A stretch of 64,000 bases of DNA from Heptranchias perlo (lineage: Eukaryota): contig NC_090365.1 of NCBI RefSeq assembly GCF_035084215.1, positions 6,138,001 through 6,202,000 of the forward strand. Direction: 5' to 3'. Of this stretch, positions 49,562 to 62,331 are shown one piece after another (the stretch's first letter is position 1; each line of letters begins with the position of its first letter). A model generated the notes under the pieces. The model did no database searches. It was not told where the DNA came from and worked only from the letters and a program-made list of their open reading frames with translations. Made by a program: the position numbers and the translations under genes.

Positions 49562-49590
49562 CTAAATAGTCGATGTCTTCTCCACTCCAT
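49562..49590 (-). CDS. SAMD4B: SAMD4B last coding exon
   Basis: tttcaacag acceptor; (D)GVEKTSTI* matches the Smaug C-terminus. Confidence 0.9.
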
Positions 49591-49784
49591 CTGTTGAAAT
49601 AAATTAAATCATTTCAGTGAAGAACCGGAAAAGGGCAGAATTACAACAACCAGAACATACTCATTTACTTTATTTATCAGGGTGGTTTGATAATGCAATG
49701 TGTCCCCTGCTAGCTGAAGCCCCCAGTGTGAATTCCAGCAGGAACCACTGACTGCCACCTACATACCCACTCCATCCAACCCCC

Positions 49785-50465
49785 ATAGCTTGGCGTCCTA
49801 TTTGACTCCGAGATGAGCGTCCCACCAGATATCCGCTTCATCACTAAGACCACCTACTTCCACCTCTAATATCGTGCGTCACTGCCCCTGCCTCAGCTCA
49901 TCTGCTGAGCCCCTCATTGATGCCTTTGTTACCTCTAGACTTGACTATTTGAATGCTCTCCTGGCCAGCCTCTCATCTGCCACCCTCCATGAAATTGAGC
50001 TTATCCAAAACTCTGCTGCCCGTATCCTAATTCGCACCAAATCCCCATCTCCCATCACCCCCTGTGCTTGCTGACCTACATTGGCTCTCGGTCAGTGAGC
50101 ACCACGATTTTAAAATTCTCATCCTTGTGATCAAATCCCTTCATATCTCTGAAACCTCCTCCAGCCCTACAACCCTCCAAGATCTCTGCGCTCCTCCAAT
50201 TCTGGCCTCTTGTGCATCCCCAATTTTAATCGCTCCACCATTGGTGGCCATGCCTTCAGCTGCCTAGGCCCTAAGCTCTGGAATTCCCTTCCCTAAACCT
50301 CTCCGCCTCACTCTCCTCAAAACCTACCTCTTTGACCAAGCTTTTGGTCACCTGTCCTAGTATCTCCTTATGTGGCTCGGTGTCATATTTTGTCTGATAA
50401 TCGCTCCTGTGAAGCGCCTGGAGACATTTTACGTTAAAAGGTGCTATATAAATGCAAGTTGTTGT
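49785..50465 (+). mobile_element. L2-like LINE 3' fragment
   Basis: AFVTSRLDYLNALLA..IQNSAARIL..PITP..LHWL RT C-terminal motifs; tail gctatataaatgcaagttgttg. Confidence 0.85.
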
Positions 50466-52263
50466 TGGAAGCAGAGACCGTGAGAACAGATCACCGCCAA
50501 CATACCGAAACAAAAAGCAAAAAAACTACAGATGCTGGAAATCCAACAGGCAGAATATGCTGGAACCACTCAGGTCAGTCAGCATCTGTGGAGAGATAGA
50601 GGACTTAACATGCCGGGTGTGGACCCATCAAAACATGTTAACTCCACTGTTCTCATCACACATGCTGCCACATCTGCTCAGCGTTTCCAACACAAACACA
50701 CTTACTGTCCACCCAAGAAGCTTTATGAACCACATCATCCAGCATCGATTGAGGCTCCTTACCCTTCAAGCTCGAGCCTGATCTATGCTGAGGATCACTC
50801 AAACGTACAAAAACAAAAAAGCTGATCACCTGGAAGCGATTCCTCTCACCTCTCCCTCCCCAATGCAATCTTTATTTCTTTATTTTATTGATGCCACTAG
50901 CATGGGTTCTCCTCTAAACATTCCTCTCTCACTCCTAAGCTCCAAATATGCCATCCTACACATTTACTCCTCCTTGCATTCTCATTATGTTGAAATCAAG
51001 ACTCATTATACCATCTCCTGTGCCAAGACCGCCCTCAGTCTGTTCTCCTCCATCATACAACTTTCTGGCTTTTCAAACCCAAGCTGGCGTCACCTAATAC
51101 TAGTGTCCAACATCATCTATCCTACCCTTTCCAATCTTGGTGTCCCGCACCTTACCTACATTTCTCAATTTTAAAAAAGTCCTTAATTTGCACGTGTCGG
51201 GTAACTTGAATTATAACTGAACAAAGCAAGTAAATATTGCATAACTAAGTAAATTAACATTTATTACAAAAACTCATACACCTATTGTGCGTTGAGCTTA
51301 ACTGCGACCGTATATGTTTATTGAATGTCCTTAGTGTTTTATAACTCATTCCAGCCAGCTCTAAAGGAACATGTTTTTTCTTTTTTAAAAAAAAGGATAT
51401 ATACTTTTAACATCTTACAGAAATAAACAGTGTGAAGAAGTTTAAAAAGGTACAGGGGTCATTTTTTTGGGGGGGAAGGGGGGAAAAAAAAAGGGATAAC
51501 GAAAAAAAAAAAGGGATAATGCTTGCAGCAGCCGTAGTCCTCTGGACTCATTCCCCCCGCTACATTCACTGCTGACAAACAAATCACTGGCACTCGGTAC
51601 CGTGGCAATTTTTTCCAAATACACTTATTAGAAAGATGATATCCCCGATGGCTCGTATGTCAGTCCGCCGTGGAGCTGAGCTATTCTGAACAGGGACGGT
51701 CCCAGATTCAATCCATGGTGCGCACTGATTTAAGGAAAGGGTAACAGGGAGGGATTATATTATTGGCCCGCAGCACCCTGGGCTAGTGAGGCAGGAATAA
51801 AGAAAGTTAGCCGGTGATTTGGCCGTTGATCACCAAATGATCCCCGGCAGAACATGGGTGTCAAGGTAGGACTGATGAAGCTCAGATGTGATCCCTCTCC
51901 TCCCCCCCCACCCCCACCCAATACCATGGTGAGTAGCAGCCAAAATGAAGAACGTTCCCTTGGTTGCAGCCGTAGCAAAGCAGGAGCCATGGACAAAACA
52001 CACATTTGTCACGTGTTTTATAAAATTCCACATTGAACCTTTACCATCAGCAGACAGAGGAGACTTTCATCTGGGCTGGATTTATACCCAAATCCCAGAG
52101 GTGAAAGATGAACATCTAATACACTGCACCAACCTGCCTCCCTCCTCCCAATATTTTGCACTTATAATACTGAATATTCTTACTCTGAATTGGACGAACC
52201 TCACTGCATAAATTCTCTAGTCCTTAAAATTCAACGGTGGAATCCATGATTGCAGGCACTTAC

Positions 52264-52347
52264 CTCCTAAGGCGTGCTCTGTCATACTGAGGCACAGAGA
52301 CTCCAGTCTTGTATTAATCTCCGGCTCTGTCACTGGCACTTGACATT
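52264..52347 (-). CDS. SAMD4B: SAMD4B coding exon (84 nt)
   Basis: (E)[27 protein letters not shown]; cagcag acceptor, gtaagt donor. Confidence 0.93.
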
Positions 52348-53127
52348 CTGCTGAAACAGCATAAAGCCTCAGTAAACTTTATATTCAGACCCTCGGCAGA
52401 ATACAAATCCTCCCCGTCCATGTGCAGTTTCTTCCTCCCTCCCAAGTTTCTCTTCTCCCCTCAAGAGCGCGACTGTTGCTGGGATTTGCTTCCATTGGCC
52501 TTAGCAGCTCTTCAGTGACCATTCGTTGTAAGCGAACGCAGAGTGTGTTATCGGGCTACCCCACCACATAGGACACCAAAGTGCGGCCTGATCGTGTCCC
52601 CACCTATGATCCGGAGATGTGCACCTTCCAGCGGGAGTCACTGGACACGGATTAGGAGCGGGGAACCCTGGTTAATTTCTCTTCTCTTCCCTCGCACACC
52701 AATCCTAAGGCCTGAGGTCAATTGTAGAAATCCAACTGTTACCCGCCTCTTCTACCCACCGCCCCCACCCCCCCAACTCCAGCTAAGATCAAGTAGCTCA
52801 ACACAGATAGGGCACGTTCCGATTTGTATGGCTCAGTATCACTAAACCAAGTGAGGTTTGGAGGGGAGGATGGAAAAAGGAAAGCTCTCTATGCAATTTA
52901 AACTCACTGAGGATGGCCAAGTGGTTGGTTTAAAAAAATATTTCCAGCATCCCTCAGTTTGTTCCAGACTAACGCCAAAAACAGTAAGGATTATTTTCAG
53001 GCACTTCAACCTGTCTTGCAAGCAAACTGCACCTCATTACTGTCAGCGAATCTGTCCCGCTCCGTAGGGTGATAGAACCATTTCAGGCCAATGGAAGAAA
53101 TTATCTGGAGCCAAAAAAACTACAAAC

Positions 53128-53254
53128 CTGACTGCTGGAACATCAGGATAGCTTGTGGGGAGGTGTGCACAGGTAGTGAGTACGTCCGTTGCACAGAGCT
53201 GCGACTCTGACTCGGCATGCTATTACTGCCACCTGGGTTTGCAAACCATAGGTT
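53128..53254 (-). CDS. SAMD4B: SAMD4B coding exon (127 nt)
   Basis: [42 protein letters not shown]; canonical splice sites. Confidence 0.95.
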
Positions 53255-54132
53255 CTGCAGGAATAAAAGGAAAACATGTAAATCTCACAGGCAGATAGCG
53301 ATCTATTTGTAGGTTGATTTTTTTCCGCTCTTTTTAGTAATAGGAACGCAAGAATTGCTGGACGAAGACCAAGTTCACCATCTACCACCCTAGTGGTCGC
53401 AGGATACAACGATAATGGAGTTTGAGCACTGGGTTAGTGTAGTTTCCTCACTCCACTTTGCCTGAAGGTGCTGACGTTTGCTGGATTAGTTCCATGGGCG
53501 CTGCCAGCTCTTTGGTACCTCATTCAAGTGGGGATTCTCCAATGTGAGATTAGACAGCGAACGCTGGCAGGCTAACCAGCTGTGGAGGGCAGCAGAGCGG
53601 AACCTGATCCTTTCTCACCCAACACCTACACTTTCCAGCAGGGGGTTGCCGGATAGTGATCAGGGCAGGAATCTTGACTGATTTTCCCTTCCCTAACCAG
53701 AGAACACCGGAACCTCTAGTAGTGTCCCCAAGGTTGAATCAGCTGAGGTCGGCTGGGGAATGAAGCATTTTCATTTCAGACTCCCTGTCGGCAAACACAG
53801 TACCAGTATCGCATTTCCATTTCCCATACCAGGCGTTCTGTGGACTCTGAGCAATTACCGCTATTCTGTGCCTGTGTCCACTAGGAACTGGACAGAAACT
53901 GCCCAAACTCATTTCATGGAAGATCCTTACAGCCAAGAAACAGAGAAGATGTTTAACCCATCAGTCTGGGCTGGATTTAAAGTCAGGCTAGCGTTTAACC
54001 CACTGCACTGCCCAGTCTCCCTACACATCCACTTCTGACAGTACTTACATCAAATAAGTTGGATAAAACAAACTTTGAAAACTTTCTGTTCCCTTGCACC
54101 CAAATGCTGTATTGCAGGAAACATGTACCAAC

Positions 54133-54334
54133 CTGCCTGCCTTGGCTTGTCAGTGGATTAAGCGTATGCCTTGGAGAGACACCACCCAGACTAGCAGCAG
54201 AAGTGCCAATCAGACCCATGCGGTTGGCAGACAGACCCCGCGGAGGTACCTGGAATGGCCGTTGGCCTCGTCTGCCGAGCCCTCCAACCACAGAACCGGC
54301 TGTGGGAAGGGAACTGGACTGACCGAAACCCCAG
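54133..54334 (-). CDS. SAMD4B: SAMD4B coding exon (202 nt)
   Basis: (S)WGFGQSSSLPTAGSVVGGLGRRGQRPFQVPPRG...GGVSPRHTLNPLTSQGRQ; phases fit neighbours. Confidence 0.93.
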
Positions 54335-54867
54335 CTGGGAAGAAGAGAAAAAGAAAAGATCTCATGAATTCAAATATAAACCAGAGGACAGCAAACGACA
54401 ATAATATTTTACTGGTCAGCTAAACCAAGACAAGTGGTCAGGGTATATCAGGGTGCCTTTAAGGCTCCTCAGCTGATCTTCGCCCGTACTCCTCTCCTGA
54501 AGCAGTTGACGATTGCTGGGGCAACGGCTGTCCACACCATACTTACCTGCCCATTTTTCTGAACTCTATCCTCTCCTCACGATATCCACACACATGTACA
54601 TTCCAGCAGGAGTCACTAGATTTAGATCAGGAGTGGGATCCTCGAATGATTTTCTGCTCAGTGGAACACTGAAGCTAACTGTGATTCCCCAGATAGCTAC
54701 TCCGATCGAGACCAGCTAACTCGAGCACAGACCAGCGAATAAACTGTCCCATTACTTTAATAACTTTCACATCACGCGTTACCCTTTCATCTACTTCACA
54801 GTGCCTCATGTTAGCAAACCCGAATAACAGCAAGAGTCAATAAGTACAATTAGGTTTAAATAAACTA

Positions 54868-55430
54868 GGCGTTAGCCGTGGCTCAGTGGTAGCATTCTCG
54901 CCTGAGTCGGAATATCGTGGGTTCAAGTCCCACTCCAGAGACTTGAGCACATAATCTAGGCTGACACTCCAGTACTGAGGGAGTGCTGCACTGTCGGTGC
55001 TGCCGTCTTTCAGATGAGACGTTAAACTGAGGCCCCGTCTGTCCTCTTCGGTGGATGTAAAAGATCCCACAGCACTATTCCGAAGAGCAGGGGAGCTCTC
55101 CCTGGTGTCCTAGGCCAATATTTATCACTCAACCAACATCACAAACAGATTATCTGGTGGGAGAACCTTCACGACACGGACTGCAGCGGTTCAAGAAGGT
55201 GGCTCACCACCACCTTCTCAAGGGCAACTAGGGATGGGCAATAAATGCTGGCCTTGCCAGCGACGCCCACATCCCATGAACGAATAAAAAAATTATCTGG
55301 TCATCATATTGCTGTTTGTGGGACCTTGCAGTGAGCAAATTGGCTGCTACGTTTCCTACATTACAACAGTGACTACACTTCAAAACAAAAAGCACTTATT
55401 TGGCTGCAAAGCACTTTGGGACATCCTGAG
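54868..55430 (+). mobile_element. Full SINE with nested LINE-tail insertion (55159-55291) and TSD attatctggt
   Basis: Boxes A/B tggctcagtgg / ggttcaagtcc; TSD at 55149-55158 and 55292-55301. Confidence 0.85.
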
Positions 55431-56707
55431 TCTGTCTGTCTTTCTTACACAATGCACTCCATTTATTGCAGACACGGTATGTTTGGAGATTCAAGTAATT
55501 TGGATAAATGGTGCATTAAAAATGTGAGCACCACTGGTTTGTTCTGACACACTGATAACACGTGCATGACTCTTGGGGTGAGAAAGGCAGTTTTCCATGC
55601 ATTGCATTGCATTAAAAACAAAAAGAACACACAAGTGGGGAGTCTGAAATCCCATATTTGATATGTGAGTCTTCCCACTGCATTTTGTGCACTCCTGACT
55701 CACCACTCATTGCAATTTCAGAATTGTACAGAGTCAGAACACAGTGCTGCTATTCTGCTTCCGCACACCATGGACTGAATTGTTCAGCTTAAGAGACATT
55801 CTGACTAAACCAAGTTGGCATAGATAAGTCTGCCATAAGTGGCTTACACTGTACATTTTATGATAATAAATAGGATGGCGGTGAGTTTAATGCAGTAATT
55901 GAAACTCAGGAGTTCTGCTGATGCTCGTAAAATCACTCGATTGAATACATCCTTTGTTACTCATTGCCAACTTTCAATTATCCTATATATAGTATCTTGA
56001 ACTCTCCTGTTCATTTATCTTGACAACCATCAGGTAATGAATGGTATGGGTGCGACTGGGATTCACAGGTTAAAGCCTAACAGTTGGCACAGATTCACAG
56101 TTCTACCGCGGTGGTACAAAGTCAGTTTGCTGCAACCATGCCTTCGATTTTCAGTGCTTAAAACTAATATTCTGCATTGTCCAGTGCATGACTGAGCCAT
56201 ACAGATGAATGACTAGGCAGTGGCTACTTTGCCCCCTTCTTTTCCCTGAAGGCATTGCTGACCCTTGCCATCAGTTTTCAGCGTGCAAAGTTTAAAACTT
56301 GCCGTAAAACACGTACGAACAAGGTGACACACTCATTTTCCCCTCCCCTTCTCCTCTCCAGTCTCCCTGCTCCGTACATCGGCCACACTTGCAGCTGTGC
56401 ACATGGAACCTTTTACATTGGGTGTTTCTGAAAATGCCTTCCAAGGTGGTCAGCATCTGGGAGTTGGCACCTGGCGTTCGGCTGTTAAATCCTAACTATG
56501 GAAACCGCTTCACATATACCTGGATCTGAAAGAAAGCCCAAAATATAAGCAGCTTAAGCGAAAAGCACACTGCAGGACTCAATGGTGCCAAGTTCAGGGA
56601 CCGGGCCAAGAGTTCATTGATAGTAAAAATCTTTTGTCTGTGTCTTGATGCTGTAGAGTTTCTTCAACTGGACCATGGAACCAGAGACCAATCAGATCCC
56701 CAAACGA

Positions 56708-57438
56708 TGGGGTAAATTTTAACACCCAGCCAGGAAGGGAGCGCGGGGGATTTTCAGGAGCAAAATTCAGAAAGTAAGTGAGCTTATTGAGAGCCATCAA
56801 TATCACTTCCAGGTTTCACGCCTGGCAGCCAGCTGATTGACAGGCTGGTTGTATGTAGGCAGTGAAATAAGCTGCACGTCAGAGAAGTGGGGCAGGAGGG
56901 AAAGGTCGATCATCGGGCTTGGAAAAAAAATGGGGGGCGGGGGAGGGTTCAGAGTCAGCAAACATCATGGATTGGGCAGGGGGGGGGGTTCGGCCGACTG
57001 GGGGGGTCCTTAACCCCAGCAACAGTTAGTGCCAGGTGAGTTTGTTGGGCCTGGGTGAAGCACTCCTGCTCCTCCGAGCCCACAAGCAGTGCAATAAAGG
57101 CACTTTATCCGGCCCTTCCTGCCTGCTTTCACCTGACGTGATTCGGAGGCGATGGGAAACCCGAATAGGTAAAGTTAAATTTTCTTAAATTGTACAATAC
57201 ACAATGTTAAGTACCTAAAGTATCTCAATGAGGTACATTGCCCTTTTAAGTATTGCCCCATTGGCTTTATGTGGGGACGGGATTTCCTGGTGCTTGCTCG
57301 CCACAGGCGTACAAATCTGCCTGGGTTAAAAACAGAAGTGGGCGTGTTGGAGCCGGGATGCGGTCCCGCTCCGAAAGCTTATTTTCACTGCCCACCTGCT
57401 CCCAACCCACATGTTCTTGGGGGTTAAAATTTACCCCA
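56708..57438. mobile_element. MITE / non-autonomous DNA transposon (possibly PIF-Harbinger type)
   Basis: Perfect 16-bp TIRs tggggtaaattttaac (56708-56723) / gttaaaatttacccca (57423-57438); no ORF; TSD not clear. Confidence 0.7.
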
Positions 57439-58561
57439 CCGTCTCCACGGACAAATTAACTCCCAGAATTATATCATTTTATTTCTGATTATATCAGTCA
57501 CAAATATGACCATATTCGACCAAACATTTTCTATAGCGTACATGACAGTTCCTTGCCCCCTAAAAATAAACAGTCAACTTACAAATTAAATTCCATTTAA
57601 ACAAACCCCTCAAACTTCCCATCCACATTGCAATTGCTGTGAAGTCTCTCTCTCTCCTCCCCCAACCCCTCTCCAATATACATAATCAATAAACTTGACC
57701 CAAAGTATGCTCTCCCCCACGAGCACATTACCCCTAGTACACTTTGCTCAGCCCGGGTATGATCCAAGGTGAAGTATACACGCACACAGACTAAATGCGT
57801 GGCATGGCATGTTCAGGGGTTCCACCCACAGACTTTTAGTTCCCAGGGAGGTTCCATATCTCAGCACCACTGGCCCCACTCTCTAGCCCCGGGGTCCAGC
57901 CCGCTATCCATAGCCCTTAACAGAGAGCTTGGAGCTTCTCCATGTCCCCACTGCCAAAGGCTGCTGGTGCTTCTTATATAGCACTTTGTACTTTTTGAAT
58001 GAATACTTGGGGGTTGATAAACCCCTTGTTACTGATTCCCCAACCAGACAAAATGATCTGTCCCTCTTTACACCCATCCATCAGCACGTCTCTGTGTTGA
58101 ATCCCCTCTATTACTCTCCATGCTTTTCTATCTTAGTTATTCTCTTCCTGCAATCAAAGATGCAAAAGGGAACAAGTGGGAGAGCGGGAATAGCGAGAAC
58201 AAGCAGGAAGAGCGGGAATGGTGAGAGGTCGCACAGAGTAGAGAGCCGCAGCAGTCAGAGGCAGAGGAGAAAGAGAGCGTATGAGGGAAAGGCAGACACC
58301 ATGAGCATGTGCAGACATGGCATACCGAAGTAAATTTACAGAAATGTACAGCAGGGCCACAAGCATCTATCGGAAAAAATGAGGGACTAATGTTTCAAGG
58401 GAAGACCCTTCATCAGAACCGAAAGCTGATAGTGTTTCTTCCCAAAATATTAACTATGTTTCAGACACTGAAGGCTGTGCTGTGCAGCTTTTATTTCAGA
58501 TTTCCAGCAGTTTCCACCCTCCCTCACCCCTCAGATCTCAAGTATGATACCGAAAACTCAC

Positions 58562-58677
58562 CTTCTCTGGCGAACACCTGGCATCTCCAGTAAGGCCTTT
58601 CTAGGAAAAGACCTCAGTAGCTTAAACACCTGCTGCTTCCATGAGAATAGTCTTTTCTTCTGTGTTTCAGTAAATGC
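58562..58677 (-). CDS. SAMD4B: SAMD4B coding exon (116 nt)
   Basis: [38 protein letters not shown]; tttcag / gtgagt. Confidence 0.95.
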
Positions 58678-58716
58678 CTGAAATCAATGACACATACATG
58701 TGATTCCCATGCAATA

Positions 58717-59290
58717 CATAGAAACATAGAAAATAGGAGCAGGAGTAGGCCATTCGGCCCTTCGAGCCTGCTCCGCCATTCAATATGATCATGGCTGATC
58801 CTCTATCTCAATACCATATTCCCACTCTCTCCCCATACCCCTTGATGCCTTTTGTGTCTAGAAATCGATCTAGCTCCTTCTTAAATATATTTAGTGACGT
58901 GGCCTCCACAGCCTTCTGTGGTAAAGAACTCCACAGGTTCACCACCCTCTGAATGAAGAAACCTCCCCCCCCATCTCAGTCCCAAATGACCCACCCTGTA
59001 TCCTGTGACTGTGACCCCTCCCCCCCCCCCCCCCGTTCTGGACCCCCCAGCCAGGGGAAACATCCTCCCTGCTTCCAGTCTGTCTAGCTGTGTCAGAATT
59101 TTATACGTTTCAACGAGATAAAAGATCGAGAGCGATAGATTTTTGGACTCTAGGGGAATCAAGGGATATGCGGATCGGGCAGGAAAGTGGAGTTGAGGCA
59201 GAAGATCAATCGTGATCTTATTGAATGGCGGAGCAGGCTCGAGGGGCCATGTGGCCGACTCATGCTCCCATTTCTTATATTCTTATGAGT
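58717..59290. mobile_element. Two CR1-like 3' ends in opposite orientation
   Basis: 58717-59115 on - (LVETYKILT..RMFPL) and about 59130-59290 on +, both with the aggagcaggagtaggcc-type terminus. Confidence 0.75.
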
Positions 59291-60834
59291 CACTGAATAG
59301 CAAGCAGGAACCCTGGCATAATTCCACTCCATCCGTCCCCCCACCTATAGGCAATTGGGACTAGCTTAGTGGTATAAACTGGGCGACATGGACATGTTGG
59401 GCCGAAGGGCCTGTTTTCATGTTGTAACTTCTATGATTCTATGATTCTATAACCCAGGGTGTACTGAGGCCAACAGTAGCCTCCCCTCCCCACCATAGCT
59501 CCACCCTTGCTGAGATAAGCTAACTCAACATCAAGCAGGAATGGAAACCTGGGACTTTCCTCGTCTGCACGGTCAAGTTTTAAGCTGGGCTGTGCATCTA
59601 CCAACTGAACCAGAGGGAGAGAATTGTTTGAGACTAGCCTGGCACTCGGTACTTTCTAAAGTTCAAGTTTAGAATGAACATCAGGAAGTATTTCTTCACA
59701 CACAGGTATTATACATATAGTTTGTGCAATTTCCCTGCCATTTATTTAAGACAGGACTGCAGACAGCTTAATCCCATTGTTCCTTATACAATATAATATG
59801 TAACGTGTTCATTCTGGTGTGCAATACATAGCTCGCAACATCAAAAATTGTAAGGAGTAACATTTTGAACAGGACAGTGTTATTGTAAATCTACTTGCAC
59901 ATCAGGAACCCGAGTGTGACCAGTTAAAGGAAGTCACATTTTGTGGTGGTGGAATGGCACAAATATTTAGATCACAGGGTGGGAATTGGTACAAGTTTGA
60001 GCCCTGATGAATTGCACTACTCAGCACAATTTGCAGCGTCTCCCATCAGGAAAGGAGAACCATTCCTTGGCAATCCCCAGTATCCATAGCAGCACGTGTC
60101 CTGGTGACAGGACAAGGACAGCAGGCCACGTGCCTGCCCTCTAAGTTACAAGATGTCAGCCGGAACAGAGAAAAATTAGAAAAGGCGGGGGAAACAACTT
60201 GGCCAGAAAGTACCCCCATGGAAACAAAAAAAAAGTTTAAAAATGTGCATTTTTTTTTTTTTTAAGAACAAAAATGAGCAATTGTAGCTCCCGAGTGGCA
60301 ACTGGCAGGTCTGAATGAAGTGCATTAACTCAAATAATCAGAATTTGCCTGATCACAACATCCTCATCAAACTGCAAAACATAGCCTGAACTGATTAATC
60401 ACACTTGTGAGAGACAGCAACACTGATGAAAACCAGAATGTTTGAGACAAAAACTGCTAACATACAAAGATCAGTTAAAAATCTAAGACCCATCGCTGGT
60501 ACTGAACCATAAAGTCCAAAAAGATTCCAGATGCAATTCTTGGAATGTGGCGAGTGAGCAGATCTCAGCAAGGGCTCCAGTAGGATGACGACAATTTGCA
60601 CAAGCACACATGGGCTCGGCAGAAAGAGAAGAATCAGGGTTCCTGCTCCTGATGACTATCCAGTGACTCGCTGGAAAGTGCGAGGGTGGACACTGGGTGA
60701 GAACAGGATTAAACTGGCTGTGATCTATCCACAGTCTAACAACCTATTGTCTATCCCAACACACGAGGAACAGCCGGTTGGGTAACACACTGACGGTCAT
60801 TTGGTAACGAGACCCTATCCCAGCAACATTCACG

Positions 60835-61215
60835 TCATCATGGCTCAGTGGCAGCATTCTTACCTCTCAGTCAGGTTAGTCATGGCTGCAAGCCCCACTC
60901 CAAGACTCCAGTGCATAATTTCAGGCTGACATGTCAGTTGCAATACTGAGGCAGTGCTATTGGATGAAGCATTAAACCAATGCCCTATCTTTTGGTTCAG
61001 GTGGATGTAAACAATTGCATGGCATTAACCAAAGAAGAGCAGTGAGTTCTCCCAGTGTCCTGGCCAACATTCCTGCCTCAATCAACACCATCAAAAACAG
61101 ATTAACTGGTCATTCATTTCATTGCTATTTGTGGGAGCTTGCTGTGCGCAAATTTGCTACCGTGTTTCCTACGTTACAACAGTGACTACACTTCAAAAGT
61201 AATTCATTGGATGAG
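60835..61215 (+). mobile_element. Older SINE copy (same family as 5938)
   Basis: Box A tggctcagtgg and diverged core. Confidence 0.75.
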
Positions 61216-61436
61216 AATTGAAAAAAAAGAGAAATTAGGTAAATATGGGTTCAATAGCGCCCTTTACTTTGTACATTCTAATTAAGCCACTGCTGTGAGA
61301 TTTGGGCTCAGAATAAAATACAGGAACAGGAGTAGGCCACTCAACCCTCGAGCCTGTTCTGCAATTTCTAACAATTCTTCTGAAAAAGGAAAACAGTTCC
61401 AGCAATTGGAAAGGGATGGTATGTTCTAGAAATACA

Positions 61437-62225
61437 CATTACCACAGGATGCCAGCCCTCACCCCACACCATTACCACAGGATGCCAGCCCTCATCCCAC
61501 ACCATTACCACAGGATGGCAGCCCTCACCCCACACCATTACCACAGGATGCCAGCCCTCATCCCACACCATTACCACAGGATGGCAGCCCTCACCCCACA
61601 CCATTACCACAGGATGGCAGCCCTCACCCCACACCATTACCACAGGATGCCAGCCCTCACCCCACACCATTACCACAGGATGCCAGCCCTCACCCCACAC
61701 CATTACCACAGGATGCCAGCCCTCACCCCACACCATTACCACAGGATGCCAGCCCTCACCCCACACCATTACCACAGGATGCCAGCCCTCATCCCACACC
61801 ATTACCACAGGATGCCAGCCCTCATCCCACACCATTACCACAGGATGCCAGCCCTCACCCCACACCATTACCACAGGATGCCAGCCCTCATCCCACACCA
61901 TTACCACAGGATGGCAGCCCTCACCCCACACCATTACCACAGGATGCCAGCCCTCATCCCACACCATTACCACAGGATGCCAGCCCTCACCCCACACCAT
62001 TACCACAGGATGCCAGCCCTCATCCCACACCATTACCACAGGATGGCAGCCCTCATCCCACACCATTACCACAGGATGGCAGCCCTCAATCCCACACCAT
62101 TACCACAGGATGGCAGCCCTCAATCCCACACCATTACCACAGGATGGCAGCCCTCAATCCCACACCATCACCACAGGATGGCAGCCCTCAATCCCACACC
62201 ATCACCACAGGATGGCAGCCCTCAT
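61437..62225. repeat. 33/34-bp minisatellite, about 23 copies, in a SAMD4B intron
   Basis: cattaccacaggatg(c/g)cagccctca(c/t)cccacac; begins about 20 nt from the donor at 62245. Confidence 0.97.
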
Positions 62226-62245
62226 CATAACATGCAAGTACCCAC

Positions 62246-62331
62246 CTCATGAGCCAGGCACTTCTCAAGGAGCTGCAAGTAAGAGCTTATATTTTCTTCA
62301 TCTGGTCTGGATACCAGCAACTGAGTGCAAA
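62246..62331 (-). CDS. SAMD4B: SAMD4B coding exon (86 nt)
   Basis: (V)[28 protein letters not shown]; ttcctccag / gtgggt. Confidence 0.95.

Noticed and set aside
61368-62252. His-rich 278 aa and Val/Trp-rich 234 aa ORFs
   Set aside because: Translation of an intronic 33-bp minisatellite.
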